This document shows, in pieces, positions 10,517-20,993 of a stretch of DNA of 64,000 bases (positions within the stretch are counted from its first letter, which is position 1; each line of letters opens with the position of its first letter). The DNA comes from a virus. Where the stretch lies: positions 1-64,000 of IMG/VR virus record IMGVR_UViG_3300031787_000075; one strand, 5' to 3'. Under the pieces are notes generated by a model that was not told the origin of the DNA, ran no database searches, and saw only the letters and a list, made by a program, of their open reading frames with translations. The position numbers and the translations under genes are program-made.

Positions 10517-11248
10517 TTACCAGCCTTGTATTTTACGGTTTTGAGCGTCTTGAATATTTACCCCTGATTTAATGTTAACGGCCATCCAATTGTAAAGTAT
10601 TACGGCAAATTCATTATACATCTGTTCCGGCCAATCGGGTTGAGTTGAACCAATTTCATTATAAACAATGTTATAGTTGTCGTCAATTGTGTAACCCAAT
10701 ACAGAAGGATTTGGCTTTCTTAAATATGTAAAATCTACTGAACCTAGTTTTCTTGGCCTAAACTCTATGTACCCTGAATTGAATCTGCAGATAGGGTATT
10801 CCATGTCAGGCTTCATTAAAACATCTGCAATCCTAGTATCCCAATCGCCATCTTTTACAACCTCTACTGGAACCCTTATTTCGTCTTGCTCTTCATCGCC
10901 ACAAACATAGCTGTAATCTACAAAGGCAATTGAGGAGTAGTGTAAATAATTTTCAGGAATATCGGCATATCCATCCTTGTCAATTGGTAATTGTGCTTCA
11001 TTTCTGCCACCCATGTAAACTTTCAGGTGCGACAAAGCATCTGTTATTTCTTGGGTTATTTCCCATCCTTGAGCTGGAATTGGCATGCCGGGCCTATACT
11101 GCTCCGGAAGGCCGTACTTAAGTTTCATCAACTCATAATCGGCAAAACCACAAGCCAAGTTAAACTCTTCTGGAGTAAAAACTCTTCCTGATTGATCCTT
11201 ATTCAATCTGAAATTGACAAACTGATATATATCCCAAATAGTTTTCAT
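10517..11248 (-). CDS. tail tubular/ring protein (P22 gp4-like, crAss-like)
   Basis: LNKDQSGRVFTPEEFN and YLRKPNP motifs. Confidence 0.8.
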   Translation of the reverse strand: MKTIWDIYQFVNFRLNKDQSGRVFTPEEFNLACGFADYELMKLKYGLPEQYRPGMPIPAQGWEITQEITDALSHLKVYMGGRNEAQLPIDKDGYADIPENYLHYSSIAFVDYSYVCGDEEQDEIRVPVEVVKDGDWDTRIADVLMKPDMEYPICRFNSGYIEFRPRKLGSVDFTYLRKPNPSVLGYTIDDNYNIVYNEIGSTQPDWPEQMYNEFAVILYNWMAVNIKSGVNIQDAQNRKIQGW

Positions 11249-12429
11249 TATGCGCTATACAAAGGGGTTATTAATTCGGGCTCACCATCTGCTCCTGCTC
11301 CTGAACAACCGCAATCGCAATTGGCTCCGGAGGTATTCATAAATTCTTTTAATGCAGATAATATGTTACTTGCTGCGACTGTGTCTTGACATTCTACGGC
11401 AAGTTCATACCTCATTCTGTATATGCTAATATTGAATAACTGATTAGCAAGAGAAGCCATGTCTTTTGAACCAACCCTTAATGCTTGAAGATATTTCTCA
11501 TGAATACTATCAATACACTCCCTTAAACAGCACCATGAGGTATCGCATTGAATGTTTGGATACTTAAACCCTTCTACTGCCCCTTCTACTACAAGACCAT
11601 CTTCTTGGGTGTATAAAACATTTGCTGAAACAGATATAGTGTAGCCTCCTGTGTAAATATTTGGTCCAACAATTAATGAATATTGGTCTGTTTCAACTGG
11701 AGATGCTACGGCAGAACCGGCTTTATTTCTTGGATATTGCAGCTTTATTAGGTGGTCTGAAACATTGTACCCTGCAGGCCAAATAGTTTTGTCAGAAACG
11801 CTTATTTGTGCTCTTAGGCAATCTCCAAACACTTCTATACAAACATCAGGCAATGTATTGCAAAAGTTGAAAGTATATTCTTTTGAATAGTATGTAACAA
11901 TTCTAAAAGAATCTGCATCGGCATAAGTTGATAATGCTTGAACCTGAACAGATATTGAACCAGCTCCAAAACTAAAATTTCCTGCAATGTTTCTAATTCC
12001 AAGCAAATTTGCTCCGGAATCATAAATGGCAATTGCTACTTGGTTCGAATTAGTTATCAACGCATTTAATTGTGATGAAACATCTGAACTAGCAAAACTA
12101 ACATTAACAGAACTTGTCATACTTCCGGATGCTCCTGCAGTAACTACTTCATCAAATACTCTTATACTGTACTTGAAATTATATATGCTTTCAGGCAGCT
12201 TGCTTCCCGGACCTGAAATCGTATCTACCAAACTTGTTCCTGGGCTAATGTCTGGAGCATCATAGTTTGTTGTGGAATGAAAAACCGAATTGGCTCTTTT
12301 TGCGGTTATAATACCTGCTACTTTTGAAGGAGTAATGCTCTCTGCAGCATAGTCTGTATTGTCGGTAAACTGAACCTGTAAGGTATCTAATAAAAATTTT
12401 ACCGCTAAATTTATGTCTTGGTTTTGCAT
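11248..12429 (-). CDS. virion structural protein with Cys-rich C-terminus (possible tail hub)
   Basis: beta-rich body, C-terminal CDTSWCCLREC...CDCGC; ATG at 12429 lies downstream of a promoter motif. Confidence 0.5.
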   Translation of the reverse strand: MQNQDINLAVKFLLDTLQVQFTDNTDYAAESITPSKVAGIITAKRANSVFHSTTNYDAPDISPGTSLVDTISGPGSKLPESIYNFKYSIRVFDEVVTAGASGSMTSSVNVSFASSDVSSQLNALITNSNQVAIAIYDSGANLLGIRNIAGNFSFGAGSISVQVQALSTYADADSFRIVTYYSKEYTFNFCNTLPDVCIEVFGDCLRAQISVSDKTIWPAGYNVSDHLIKLQYPRNKAGSAVASPVETDQYSLIVGPNIYTGGYTISVSANVLYTQEDGLVVEGAVEGFKYPNIQCDTSWCCLRECIDSIHEKYLQALRVGSKDMASLANQLFNISIYRMRYELAVECQDTVAASNILSALKEFMNTSGANCDCGCSGAGADGEPELITPLYSA

Positions 12430-12450
12430 TTTAATTTGCTTTTGTTTCAA

Positions 12451-12458
12451 CAAATTTA
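12451..12458 (-). promoter_or_regulatory. Bacteroidota-type -7 promoter element TAAATTTG
   Basis: matches TAnnTTTG, 21 nt upstream of ATG 12429. Confidence 0.65.
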
Positions 12459-12469
12459 ATGTTTTTTAA

Positions 12470-12501
12470 AACAAAAAAGCACCCCCTATTGGAGATGCTT
12501 T
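12470..12501 (-). terminator. intrinsic terminator
   Basis: AAAGCATCTCC-AATA-GGGGGTGCTTT followed by T-tract on the minus strand. Confidence 0.8.
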
Positions 12502-12537
12502 ATTGTATAATCACATGGCAAATTAAAACACTAAGTT

Positions 12538-13452
12538 TTAAGGCTTTTTCTTGGTAGTAGTTTTAGGCTCTTCTGTTTCATCAGAAGAGTTGTAAGATTT
12601 AAACTGCTCCCACTTATTTTTATCTGTTTTTAATACATAGATAAGCGAATCCATTGGGCTTTTTCCAACAATGACATCGCAAATCTTTGAAGATATTTCG
12701 TACTTGCTTTGGTCTTTATTAAAGCTTAAGAAATACCAGGCATCGCTGAAATTAATTAAATTCAAATCAGTCAACTCTTGAATCTTGGCTCTAATGTCCA
12801 TTTCCATTTCGGATTGAGTAATCTCCATAAAAGCATTTAATCCATGACTCTTTTTAACCAATGAAACTAATGTTGCTTGTACTTGCGAAATGCCAATCAA
12901 ATTTTTGTCTAATGCGTTTGGAATAGACATTGCTGCGGCAACCTTTCTAACCTTGTTTTCGGTCCATTCACCTGTAATAAACCAAATAGCTGCTGCTTCT
13001 TTCTTTTCTCTATCTACAAATTCAGCGCTTTCAGCCTCAATGTTTTCTAACATAAACATTGTTCTTGTGTTTGGAGTGGCATGAATACTTCCTTTTAAAA
13101 TAGGGCAGCAATTCAATAAGAAAAACAAAAAATCCATTCTGTTTGAACCTACTGTCATTTCGACTTCAAAGCTAATCATGGAATCTGAACTTGTTAAAGT
13201 TCCGTTTTTATCCTTCTTAAATGTTCTTCCATAAACCCATGTGACAAATTCGTCTTCATGAGTAACAACACTTTTTGTTACAATATTTACTCCTGGAGGC
13301 CTAATAATCCTACCCTTGTTTACTGGGTCTGGACGAAATAGTTCTGGAACCATTTTGAATTTTACTGGAAATTTATTTCCAACTTTTTTCCTTATCGCGC
13401 TTTTGTCAGCATCAGTTAAGGTGTAAGGAACACCGTTTTTTAATAGTGGCAT
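12538..13452 (-). CDS. conserved hypothetical protein following the capsid gene (crAss-like synteny)
   Basis: ~304 aa from ATG 13452 (A-rich context; alternative GTG 13494); has its own promoter and terminator. Confidence 0.6.
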   Translation of the reverse strand: MPLLKNGVPYTLTDADKSAIRKKVGNKFPVKFKMVPELFRPDPVNKGRIIRPPGVNIVTKSVVTHEDEFVTWVYGRTFKKDKNGTLTSSDSMISFEVEMTVGSNRMDFLFFLLNCCPILKGSIHATPNTRTMFMLENIEAESAEFVDREKKEAAAIWFITGEWTENKVRKVAAAMSIPNALDKNLIGISQVQATLVSLVKKSHGLNAFMEITQSEMEMDIRAKIQELTDLNLINFSDAWYFLSFNKDQSKYEISSKICDVIVGKSPMDSLIYVLKTDKNKWEQFKSYNSSDETEEPKTTTKKKP

Positions 13453-13532
13453 ATTTTTATTTAAAGGTTTGATTCGAACAAACAAGCCGGACACTTTTTA
13501 GTGTGACTTATCCAACAACTTTGTTGCCGCAA

Positions 13533-13562
13533 CAAATGTAATTATAATTTTATAAAAACAAA
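13533..13562 (-). promoter_or_regulatory. Bacteroidota-type promoter (TTTG...TACATTTG)
   Basis: TAnnTTTG at 13540-13533 with TTTG ~18 nt upstream. Confidence 0.6.
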
Positions 13563-13584
13563 ATGGCCAGGTTTCCCCGGCCAA
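13554..13584 (-). terminator. intrinsic terminator after the major capsid gene
   Basis: TGGCCGGG-GAAA-CCTGGCCA followed by TTTTGTTTTT. Confidence 0.85.
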
Positions 13585-13616
13585 ATTGAAAAATAAACGA
13601 TATATGAAGATACAAC

Positions 13617-15203
13617 CTATTGAGGCCTTACATTGATAAAACGGTTTGAACCGAAAAACTCTGCGAAAAACTCACACATCATGTTTACATTACGAACGTC
13701 ATTTTCGTCTGTTGAGTAAGGTCTTGCATTTGCGCCGGTTTCCCAAACCTTCATTCTACGGCTATAACCACCAAGGCCGCGATAAACAATACCCATTGTA
13801 GGTATGCTATTTTTGGTTTTAGGGTCTTTACGTTTTGCTAATGGAATAACAAATCCTCTTTGATTATAGTCATAGGTATCTGCACCATATAGTTTTGGAT
13901 GATAGAAAGCATCTACGTTTTTAATACAGAAAGTAAAGCCATCAACGGTAACGTATTTGAATCCAATGGCCATTTCTGTTTGTCTGCCATCATCATCCAT
14001 GTTTCCAAATAAATGGGCTTGCGCTCTTTCGATAAACACCGCTGCGGTATCTTTGTTGGTTTCGAACAAGCTTTGATCTAATTCTTGTCCTAAGTCAAGA
14101 CCTACGAAAAATGCAGCATATCTATCTGTATATTTCTTCTTCATTAATTTAGAGAAGTTATAGAAATCTTGCATTTCCCATGCTCCTGGTGTGTATGGAT
14201 AAAACTCTGAATTAAGGTTCATTTCAGGAATTAAACCTCTAGTACCTTCTCCAACTAAGGATGCGTTAGCGTTGTTACCATCAACGGCTAATGTACTTGT
14301 AGCTACCTTACCTGATAAGAAAGCGCCTTGGATTTTTAATTGTTGCTCATACTCTAGGTCTAAGAAACCTTTATTTGCCCAAGTTCCTACGTGCTCACCA
14401 TCTACTGATTGAATCCATGACTCGGTGGCAAGTTCACGTCCAGAAGCTTTACGCTTTGATTTAATGGTTTGTGAAGAGTTTTGCCATTTGTAAACACCTT
14501 GTAAGATAGAACTTGGCTGTCCACTACCCTCCGAAGCATAAGAAGTAATAATCGCTAACTTAGTGTTTGCAGCTACGGCAGGAATTGTATCTGTCGCATC
14601 TACTGGGGCAACCGTTAAAATCGGAGCGCTAGGAGTAGTTACGTTGATAGCTGTGATAACACCTAAAATATCATTAGGGAATAATACCGCATGACCGATT
14701 TGAGGAAAATACTTGTTGTCAGAAGTTACAGACTCCGGTGCTAATGTAAATCTACAAGCCGTATTCACAGTAGGAGTATATGCGCCTCCACCTGTTGCTG
14801 TTTGGCTTAAAGAAGTAAACGTGTTCCAGATCCATTCTTCTTCGTAATGTTCCAAAATATCAACCCCATCTGTCCTTACAAAACCTAATGCGTGAATGGT
14901 GTCGAAAAATTCTTTACCCTGCGTACCGAACCTACGATACAATTGAGGTAAAACTTTTCTAGCGTTAAGGTCTAACGTGGTTATGTAGTTGTTGAAATAG
15001 TCGGCAGTAATGGCCGGGGCAGTAGGGTTTGAACCTAAAGCATTTACAGGTAAAGCACCTGAAATAGAGAAAAAGCCTAATACAACAAATGTGGTTAAGG
15101 CTGTGGCACCTAAATCGGTTTCATAACTAGCCGAAATTGGAGCGGCAAAGACAAAGCTTGCCATAATTAGCGCAATGAGCGCGAATAAGATATTTTTTTT
15201 CAT
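13617..15203 (-). CDS. major capsid protein (crAss-like HK97 fold) with an N-terminal hydrophobic leader
   Basis: follows portal and scaffold; motifs EHYEEEW, WQNSSQTIK..ASG, GTRGLIP, GFKYVTVDGFTF; strong terminator; ATG at 15203 lies 1 nt after the scaffold stop. Confidence 0.85.
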   Translation of the reverse strand: MKKNILFALIALIMASFVFAAPISASYETDLGATALTTFVVLGFFSISGALPVNALGSNPTAPAITADYFNNYITTLDLNARKVLPQLYRRFGTQGKEFFDTIHALGFVRTDGVDILEHYEEEWIWNTFTSLSQTATGGGAYTPTVNTACRFTLAPESVTSDNKYFPQIGHAVLFPNDILGVITAINVTTPSAPILTVAPVDATDTIPAVAANTKLAIITSYASEGSGQPSSILQGVYKWQNSSQTIKSKRKASGRELATESWIQSVDGEHVGTWANKGFLDLEYEQQLKIQGAFLSGKVATSTLAVDGNNANASLVGEGTRGLIPEMNLNSEFYPYTPGAWEMQDFYNFSKLMKKKYTDRYAAFFVGLDLGQELDQSLFETNKDTAAVFIERAQAHLFGNMDDDGRQTEMAIGFKYVTVDGFTFCIKNVDAFYHPKLYGADTYDYNQRGFVIPLAKRKDPKTKNSIPTMGIVYRGLGGYSRRMKVWETGANARPYSTDENDVRNVNMMCEFFAEFFGSNRFINVRPQ

Positions 15204-15204
15204 T

Positions 15205-16266
15205 TTAATCTTCGAATAATTGTGATTCAAAACTCTTAGCGGATTTGCCTCGCGGCTGTTCTCCAGAATTTCTGCTTTTAAAAGCGCTTGGATTATCAAG
15301 TTCAATCTCAAATTGTTCAACTATCTCTTGCTCGCGTTGTTTAATTGCGGCATGGATAATTGTTTTGAAATTCTCGGTAATAGCGTTGTTAATTACAGCG
15401 GCTCTAATGTTAGGAAGAGTTTGTTCCGTAACATCTATACCTTGTTTTGCGATTATCCTTGACATATTTTCTGCCGACTTAGCAATAAACTCTTCCGGAA
15501 TGGCAAAATCCATGACTTTAACCACTTTTCCATCTTTGTCTGCTGCTTCAATCGGAATAGCTTTAATGTCGGCAATCGCCTTCATTATTTGAGGCTTTGT
15601 TGACTCGTATCTTTGGTTAACAGCGGTTTCAATCGACTCTTTTGATACCGGAGAGAATTTAAGGTCTTGGTACTGCTTTAGCATCTCGCGAAGCGGTTTA
15701 ACCCTTTCCTTCAACTCAATCATTTTGACATCAATTTCGTCTTGACTAAGCGTTCCATTGTCTTCTAGCCCATGCTGTCTTTCGATTTCTTTCCGTAAAA
15801 TAGACTCCTTACCTATCAGTTCAGGATTTTTAAGAACTCTGTCGGCCACCATTATCTCAATTGGGTCGGCAGTTTCCGCTTGTAAACCCTTTACATAATT
15901 AAAGGTTTGGAAATCATTAATTCCGGTTTTTTTAACGAACTCGTTGAAACCTGCTATGGTTTCATTAGCGAATGGGTTAGAATTTAAAGATTTCAAGTCT
16001 TCAATTTCTTGTAGTTTGGTTTCGTATTCTCTGGCTTTTGATACAAAATCAGGGATTTTTGTTTTTAATTCATCCCAATTATCGGCAACATCAAAATTTT
16101 CACCAAAAAAATCTTTTGGAGAAGGCAATTGTGCTTGTTGGGTTTGCGCCTGTTGCGATTGTTGAGATTGCTGCTGCTGTTGTTGGCTAGAACCACCGGG
16201 CTCACCACCATCTGCAGGCTTAAATCCTCCTAATTCTGAATAAAAATCATCGTTTTCTGTGTTCAT
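15205..16266 (-). CDS. capsid scaffolding protein (putative)
   Basis: acidic/Gln-rich N-terminus, coiled coil, located between portal and capsid genes. Confidence 0.7.
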   Translation of the reverse strand: MNTENDDFYSELGGFKPADGGEPGGSSQQQQQQSQQSQQAQTQQAQLPSPKDFFGENFDVADNWDELKTKIPDFVSKAREYETKLQEIEDLKSLNSNPFANETIAGFNEFVKKTGINDFQTFNYVKGLQAETADPIEIMVADRVLKNPELIGKESILRKEIERQHGLEDNGTLSQDEIDVKMIELKERVKPLREMLKQYQDLKFSPVSKESIETAVNQRYESTKPQIMKAIADIKAIPIEAADKDGKVVKVMDFAIPEEFIAKSAENMSRIIAKQGIDVTEQTLPNIRAAVINNAITENFKTIIHAAIKQREQEIVEQFEIELDNPSAFKSRNSGEQPRGKSAKSFESQLFED

Positions 16267-16273
16267 ATATATG

Positions 16274-16306
16274 CAAATTTAAAGTGTTAGTTTAGATTTA
16301 TCCAAA
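16274..16306 (-). promoter_or_regulatory. Bacteroidota-type promoter for scaffold-capsid
   Basis: TTTG (16306-16303), 21-nt spacer, TAAATTTG (16281-16274). Confidence 0.75.
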
Positions 16307-16307
16307 T

Positions 16308-18638
16308 TTATTGTTGAGTTTGTGTGGTTTGACTAAGTTGAGGTATCAAATAAGTCTTTAAAACCTCGTTTTGTAGTTTTGAGGTTTCGTTTAGATCGTT
16401 TGCTTGCATTTGGAACAATCCTTTAATTAGTTCCTTCATCAATTCATCCTTTCTCTTCTGTGCTTCAAATGCGGCTTTTTCGGCATTTGTTTTTCTAGCT
16501 TCTTCTCCAGTTAACCTAATGTTTTCTTCCTGAATTTTTCTTGCCTCTTCTTTTCTTAGGTTTAATCTGTAATTCAAAAGCATCCTAGCTTGTTTAAGCA
16601 TGCCTCTAAATACCATTTCGCTAATCATTAGGTAGTCTGCTGCAGAAATGTTTTCACCATCCTTTCCAGGTTTTAATGCTTCTCCAAGAGTTTGTAGCAT
16701 TGTTTGGGCATAAGCACCATTTGGAATAACCTCTATTTTTATTCCATAAGCCCTGTCAGCATACTCTCTGCTTATTTTGAAATTTTCTATTGTGGCAGAA
16801 CCCAATATCGGGTAGTAAACATCATAACCCTCTCTGTATTTTACTTGCTGCCTTATTCTTTCAATAGCGTTTTTGGCGCCACTTTCTCTAACTTTTTCCC
16901 AGCTTTTAACTACACCCTGAATAACATCGGATGCGGAGGCCATGGTTTGATTTATTTCTGTGGCAGTAACCTCTCCTCCTTTTGGAGCAACGGCAGAAAG
17001 CCTATCAATTCCAGAAAGTTCAGCTATGAAATTAAAGTTTATTTCAAAGGTGGAAACTAATTCGTTAAATAATGGGCCTATACCTCCTTCCAATTTTTCA
17101 ATTGGCTTGCCTTGATACATATTATACTTTCCATTGTGAGTGGTAGCTTTATAGACCATTCTTCCGGATGCTTCGTATATATTGATAAGGTTAATAGGCT
17201 TTAAATCTCCATTTCCAAGGTTTATGTTATTTAGCGCATTAAACTCTATTGCCAAACCATTTGGAGCGGCAGTAGCCATCGCGTTTTGCATTTTCAAATA
17301 TGCCAATTCTATTTGGTCTAATGGTCCAATACATCTTTCAACCATAGACTTTCCAGGCAATGCGTCAGCATGAATACTTAGCCTAGGAACTCTTTTAGGA
17401 CCTACTCTTGGAATATCGTTTTGCAGGCCATAATCATAGCAGATATCGGAACCAATTATCCATGTGCATTTATAAACATTTGGAATGTTTCTAACAACGG
17501 TCTTTTTGTTTGGAGTATCCCAAACCTTGCCCCAGTCTGATTTGCCATAAATAGTTGTTCCGTATTTTGTTGTTCTTTTGGTTCTGTAATTTATGTCATT
17601 GCTTAACATTTCGCATTGTACGGTAGGAACAAGGTAATTGTCGTAAACATAAGTATTTGTTACAGGGTCGTAAATGTTTGTCATGTCGGCTTGCATTTGG
17701 TCCCATATAAATGCAGGATTTCCAAAAAACTCCTGATATTTTTGGCAATACTTTACCAATTCTTTTTCAGGCAATCCTGTTTTTGCTCTAACATTTGCTA
17801 TTGTTTCAAATCTTAAGTATCCCCAAAAGCGACTCTTCTTAAATCCTACCTCTCTGTTTCCATCTATAATAACTCTAGCAAAGTCTAGGTATTCGTATTT
17901 TTCTACTCCATCTACATCGACAAAGTCTAGGTATGCTCCACAACCAATGGCAAGCATGTCAAAATAATATCTCCTTCTAACGTCTTCGATATCGCTTATG
18001 TAATCAGTATATGACAATGCCTTTTCAAAATCTACCTCATGCTTTAGTTTAAATCCTCCTGCATTGTTAAATGCTTCTAATTCTTCCATGCTAGAAGGAA
18101 CGTACTTTGTGCCTGAATCTTTGTTTGGTATTTTGGCAGCTTTTCTAATGGCCTCTTCTTGCTTTCCAAATTGCAGTTCAAAATACTTATCCCACATTTC
18201 ATTTTCTCTTTCTACACCTGAAATTGGGTCTATGGCAGAAACAGTTATTTTATGGTCTTGTTGCTCTAACCTTCCAATTACTTTTGATAAGTATGCAGGC
18301 ATAGGCGAGAATATGGACCAATCCACATTGTAATACCCTTTTCTATTGGCATTGTTAGATATATTATTTGACTTCAATAAAAAGTCTTTATACTTATCGG
18401 TAGGTTGGTTTCCTGTGGCATAAAGTCTTAGCAATTCAAATCGCATCATTCTATCCACGCTAACATAAGACTGGTTATTTAGCATTTTTGAATACAGGGC
18501 TTTTGCCCATGCCATACACCATTCAGGACCTTTTTTTACTTCCGGGTCAACATCATCAGAAGGAAACGTATATGCCTTTCCTATATACTCTTCATCTTTA
18601 TAAAGGAAATCGGGTTTAACTGCTTTATTGTTTGCCAT
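16308..18638 (-). CDS. portal protein (crAss-like)
   Basis: 776 aa after terminase; LRLYATGNQPTDKYKD, YYNVDWS..PMP, AIDPIS motifs. Confidence 0.9.
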   Translation of the reverse strand: MANNKAVKPDFLYKDEEYIGKAYTFPSDDVDPEVKKGPEWCMAWAKALYSKMLNNQSYVSVDRMMRFELLRLYATGNQPTDKYKDFLLKSNNISNNANRKGYYNVDWSIFSPMPAYLSKVIGRLEQQDHKITVSAIDPISGVERENEMWDKYFELQFGKQEEAIRKAAKIPNKDSGTKYVPSSMEELEAFNNAGGFKLKHEVDFEKALSYTDYISDIEDVRRRYYFDMLAIGCGAYLDFVDVDGVEKYEYLDFARVIIDGNREVGFKKSRFWGYLRFETIANVRAKTGLPEKELVKYCQKYQEFFGNPAFIWDQMQADMTNIYDPVTNTYVYDNYLVPTVQCEMLSNDINYRTKRTTKYGTTIYGKSDWGKVWDTPNKKTVVRNIPNVYKCTWIIGSDICYDYGLQNDIPRVGPKRVPRLSIHADALPGKSMVERCIGPLDQIELAYLKMQNAMATAAPNGLAIEFNALNNINLGNGDLKPINLINIYEASGRMVYKATTHNGKYNMYQGKPIEKLEGGIGPLFNELVSTFEINFNFIAELSGIDRLSAVAPKGGEVTATEINQTMASASDVIQGVVKSWEKVRESGAKNAIERIRQQVKYREGYDVYYPILGSATIENFKISREYADRAYGIKIEVIPNGAYAQTMLQTLGEALKPGKDGENISAADYLMISEMVFRGMLKQARMLLNYRLNLRKEEARKIQEENIRLTGEEARKTNAEKAAFEAQKRKDELMKELIKGLFQMQANDLNETSKLQNEVLKTYLIPQLSQTTQTQQ

Positions 18639-18650
18639 AATGTTTCAAAA

Positions 18651-20993
18651 TTAATCATTATACTCTCTTTCTACAAAGATTTGTCTATCAGTTGTTTTTT
18701 CTCGTTCTGCACTTTTCTTCTGCTCTTCATTCAAATATACTATTTGGCTGCCCATAATAGCGCCACCATTGGCAACTAATAAGTCTAAATCTGTAAAATC
18801 TTCTATACTTCCTGCATCCTTACATTGCTGCATAAATCTTATATGCTTTTCTCTGTGGCCATGCTTTTCTATGTAATCTCTTACAGAATTAAATAGCTTT
18901 TGTTGGCTACCCCTACTTGTAAATCCTGGAGTATTTTTAAGTTTTTTAGTGGCAGGGTCAATATCATATTTCATATAGCCTCCGAAACCTTTTTCATCAA
19001 AATAATGCCATATAGCGGGAACGTCAATTTCAGGGTATGACATAGCATTGTAATACAAGGCAGCTTTCAATTGGTCTTCACAATATTCTGTTAAGGTACC
19101 TGGCCTATACAAATATGTTGCTACGGTGGTGTGACTGGACCATTGACTAACAGGAATGTTGTGATCTATTCTTTCATCGTAATTCCAAAATATGGAACCA
19201 CCACCTAATGACATTCTTTTACCTTCTGTTTTGTTGGCCTTAAATGGGTCGCCTCCATGAGTAAATTCTTCTGAAAATCTTGGGTCTGGTTCAAAATGAA
19301 ATCCGTTGAAAATTCTTTTGTTGTTGTGATGTATAAGTTTTGTTACATGCCATCTGCCATCGCTTTTTTCTACAAACTCAACTTTGCCTCCAAATATGTT
19401 ATCTACCCATTCAAAATCTCCAATTCTAAGTTCTGGAGGATTAAACTTAAGTTCATCAATCCTGTCTTCTATTATCTTGGAGTTAAATCCTATTTCACCA
19501 TCCTTTGTTCTAAAACACTCTCTAAATTTAACTGGATATAGTCTAACCTCTTCATTGTAACTATCAATATCTCCAACTTTTATGTAGGCATCTCTTTGGC
19601 TTTTTAAGGCAACTTTAGAACCAACGGTTATAAATTTTCCGTTTACGCCTTTTACAGGAACTTTAGGTGTTTCTACTACCGTATCACCATATTCATCAAC
19701 ATAACCTTCCAAACCATCCCATGCAGGAAAAAAGAAATTCATTAATCCGCTAGGTGTTTGCCCTAACGCATCTCTTGTCTGCCAATGCGAAAGTTTTGAT
19801 AGTCTAAAATAAGAATCTCCACCCTTTTTGGTCATTTCGCCAACGGTTGAAGGATAGCCTATAAATCCGTTTACAACGGCCCTATTTCCTTGCGCAACAC
19901 ATGGCAGCAATACCTTGTGTCTTGCATCTACTTTTTCTGCAGTTGTTTTTCCTCCCTCGTCTGCCAATAACCAATACAGCTTTAAACCATCGTAAAATGA
20001 ACCACTTGCCTTGTCTGAATAAGTTATCCTAGACCTTAATGCTTTGTTTTTAACGCTGTCCTTGTCAGCTTTTGTTTGGTTCTTATTCTTTTGAGGTTTA
20101 AATTCTAATCCGGCAGAAGGGTCGTCATATCCACCAGTCATTGGTTTGAAAAAGAATGGCATCCTTCTCCATCCAGGCAAAAGTATTGTGTCGTAAATCT
20201 CCCCGGCTTTATCTCCTGTATCGGCAATTATTCCACTTTCTATACCAGCTTTATAAATTGTTTCAAGGTATTGAGCGCACAAATGTTTGTTTGTTGCTCC
20301 ATCCCTTCTGCCTTTTGGATATTGATATCCAAGCATGGTTCTTTTGCCAACGTCTTTTGTTTTTGGTTTTTTGCCATAAATGGTTTCTTCGTAAACCATT
20401 CTTCCGTATTCATCAAAAACAGGCGTTTCAGACGTTGTGTAAGCGTATTTTACGGCATGATACCATCTTCTATCTTTATCCCTGTAATCAGGTGGTGTAA
20501 GGTCTGCAAACAACCAAAAATTTAGATAGGTATAATGCCACCCATCTATGTATGTGGGCTTTCCTTTTATAAACTGCCATTCCCCAACAAACCTTTTTTT
20601 AATGGCTCTTTTTATCCAAACAATTTCATCATACCAATCAACTCCTGAATTTTGTTTTAAAATATCCCAAATCCTGTCTGAATTATTTTCTTCTTCAAAA
20701 ATTAACCTTTTAAGTCGTTCCGGCATTTCATCCTTTACAAACTTTTGCTCTAATGCAGGTAAACCCCAGTTAACCATTTCATGGAGTTCGGGCATTTTTA
20801 TTTTGACAAAATTGTGGTTTATTGTATGAACATTCCACTCCTCTCTAGGTTGAGGCAACTCAATCCATATCTCATGCAAATCTTCATCTCCCCTGTTTAA
20901 AATAACATACTTGTCGGGTCTTTTATAGGTGACAAGTGTTTTTGGGTCGATTTCATCTTTATATCTTGATATTAAATCAGACAGGTAACTCAC
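18651..20993 (-). CDS. terminase large subunit
   Basis: HYTYLNFW..PDYRD, Walker A KGRRDGAT, Walker B LLADEGGK, nuclease GGDPF and DLLVA. Confidence 0.93.
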   Translation of the reverse strand: MSYLSDLISRYKDEIDPKTLVTYKRPDKYVILNRGDEDLHEIWIELPQPREEWNVHTINHNFVKIKMPELHEMVNWGLPALEQKFVKDEMPERLKRLIFEEENNSDRIWDILKQNSGVDWYDEIVWIKRAIKKRFVGEWQFIKGKPTYIDGWHYTYLNFWLFADLTPPDYRDKDRRWYHAVKYAYTTSETPVFDEYGRMVYEETIYGKKPKTKDVGKRTMLGYQYPKGRRDGATNKHLCAQYLETIYKAGIESGIIADTGDKAGEIYDTILLPGWRRMPFFFKPMTGGYDDPSAGLEFKPQKNKNQTKADKDSVKNKALRSRITYSDKASGSFYDGLKLYWLLADEGGKTTAEKVDARHKVLLPCVAQGNRAVVNGFIGYPSTVGEMTKKGGDSYFRLSKLSHWQTRDALGQTPSGLMNFFFPAWDGLEGYVDEYGDTVVETPKVPVKGVNGKFITVGSKVALKSQRDAYIKVGDIDSYNEEVRLYPVKFRECFRTKDGEIGFNSKIIEDRIDELKFNPPELRIGDFEWVDNIFGGKVEFVEKSDGRWHVTKLIHHNNKRIFNGFHFEPDPRFSEEFTHGGDPFKANKTEGKRMSLGGGSIFWNYDERIDHNIPVSQWSSHTTVATYLYRPGTLTEYCEDQLKAALYYNAMSYPEIDVPAIWHYFDEKGFGGYMKYDIDPATKKLKNTPGFTSRGSQQKLFNSVRDYIEKHGHREKHIRFMQQCKDAGSIEDFTDLDLLVANGGAIMGSQIVYLNEEQKKSAEREKTTDRQIFVEREYND

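Noticed and set aside
15204-15320. ORF-track start of the capsid gene at 15320
   Set aside because: Overlaps the scaffold gene by 116 nt; ATG 15203 directly follows its stop
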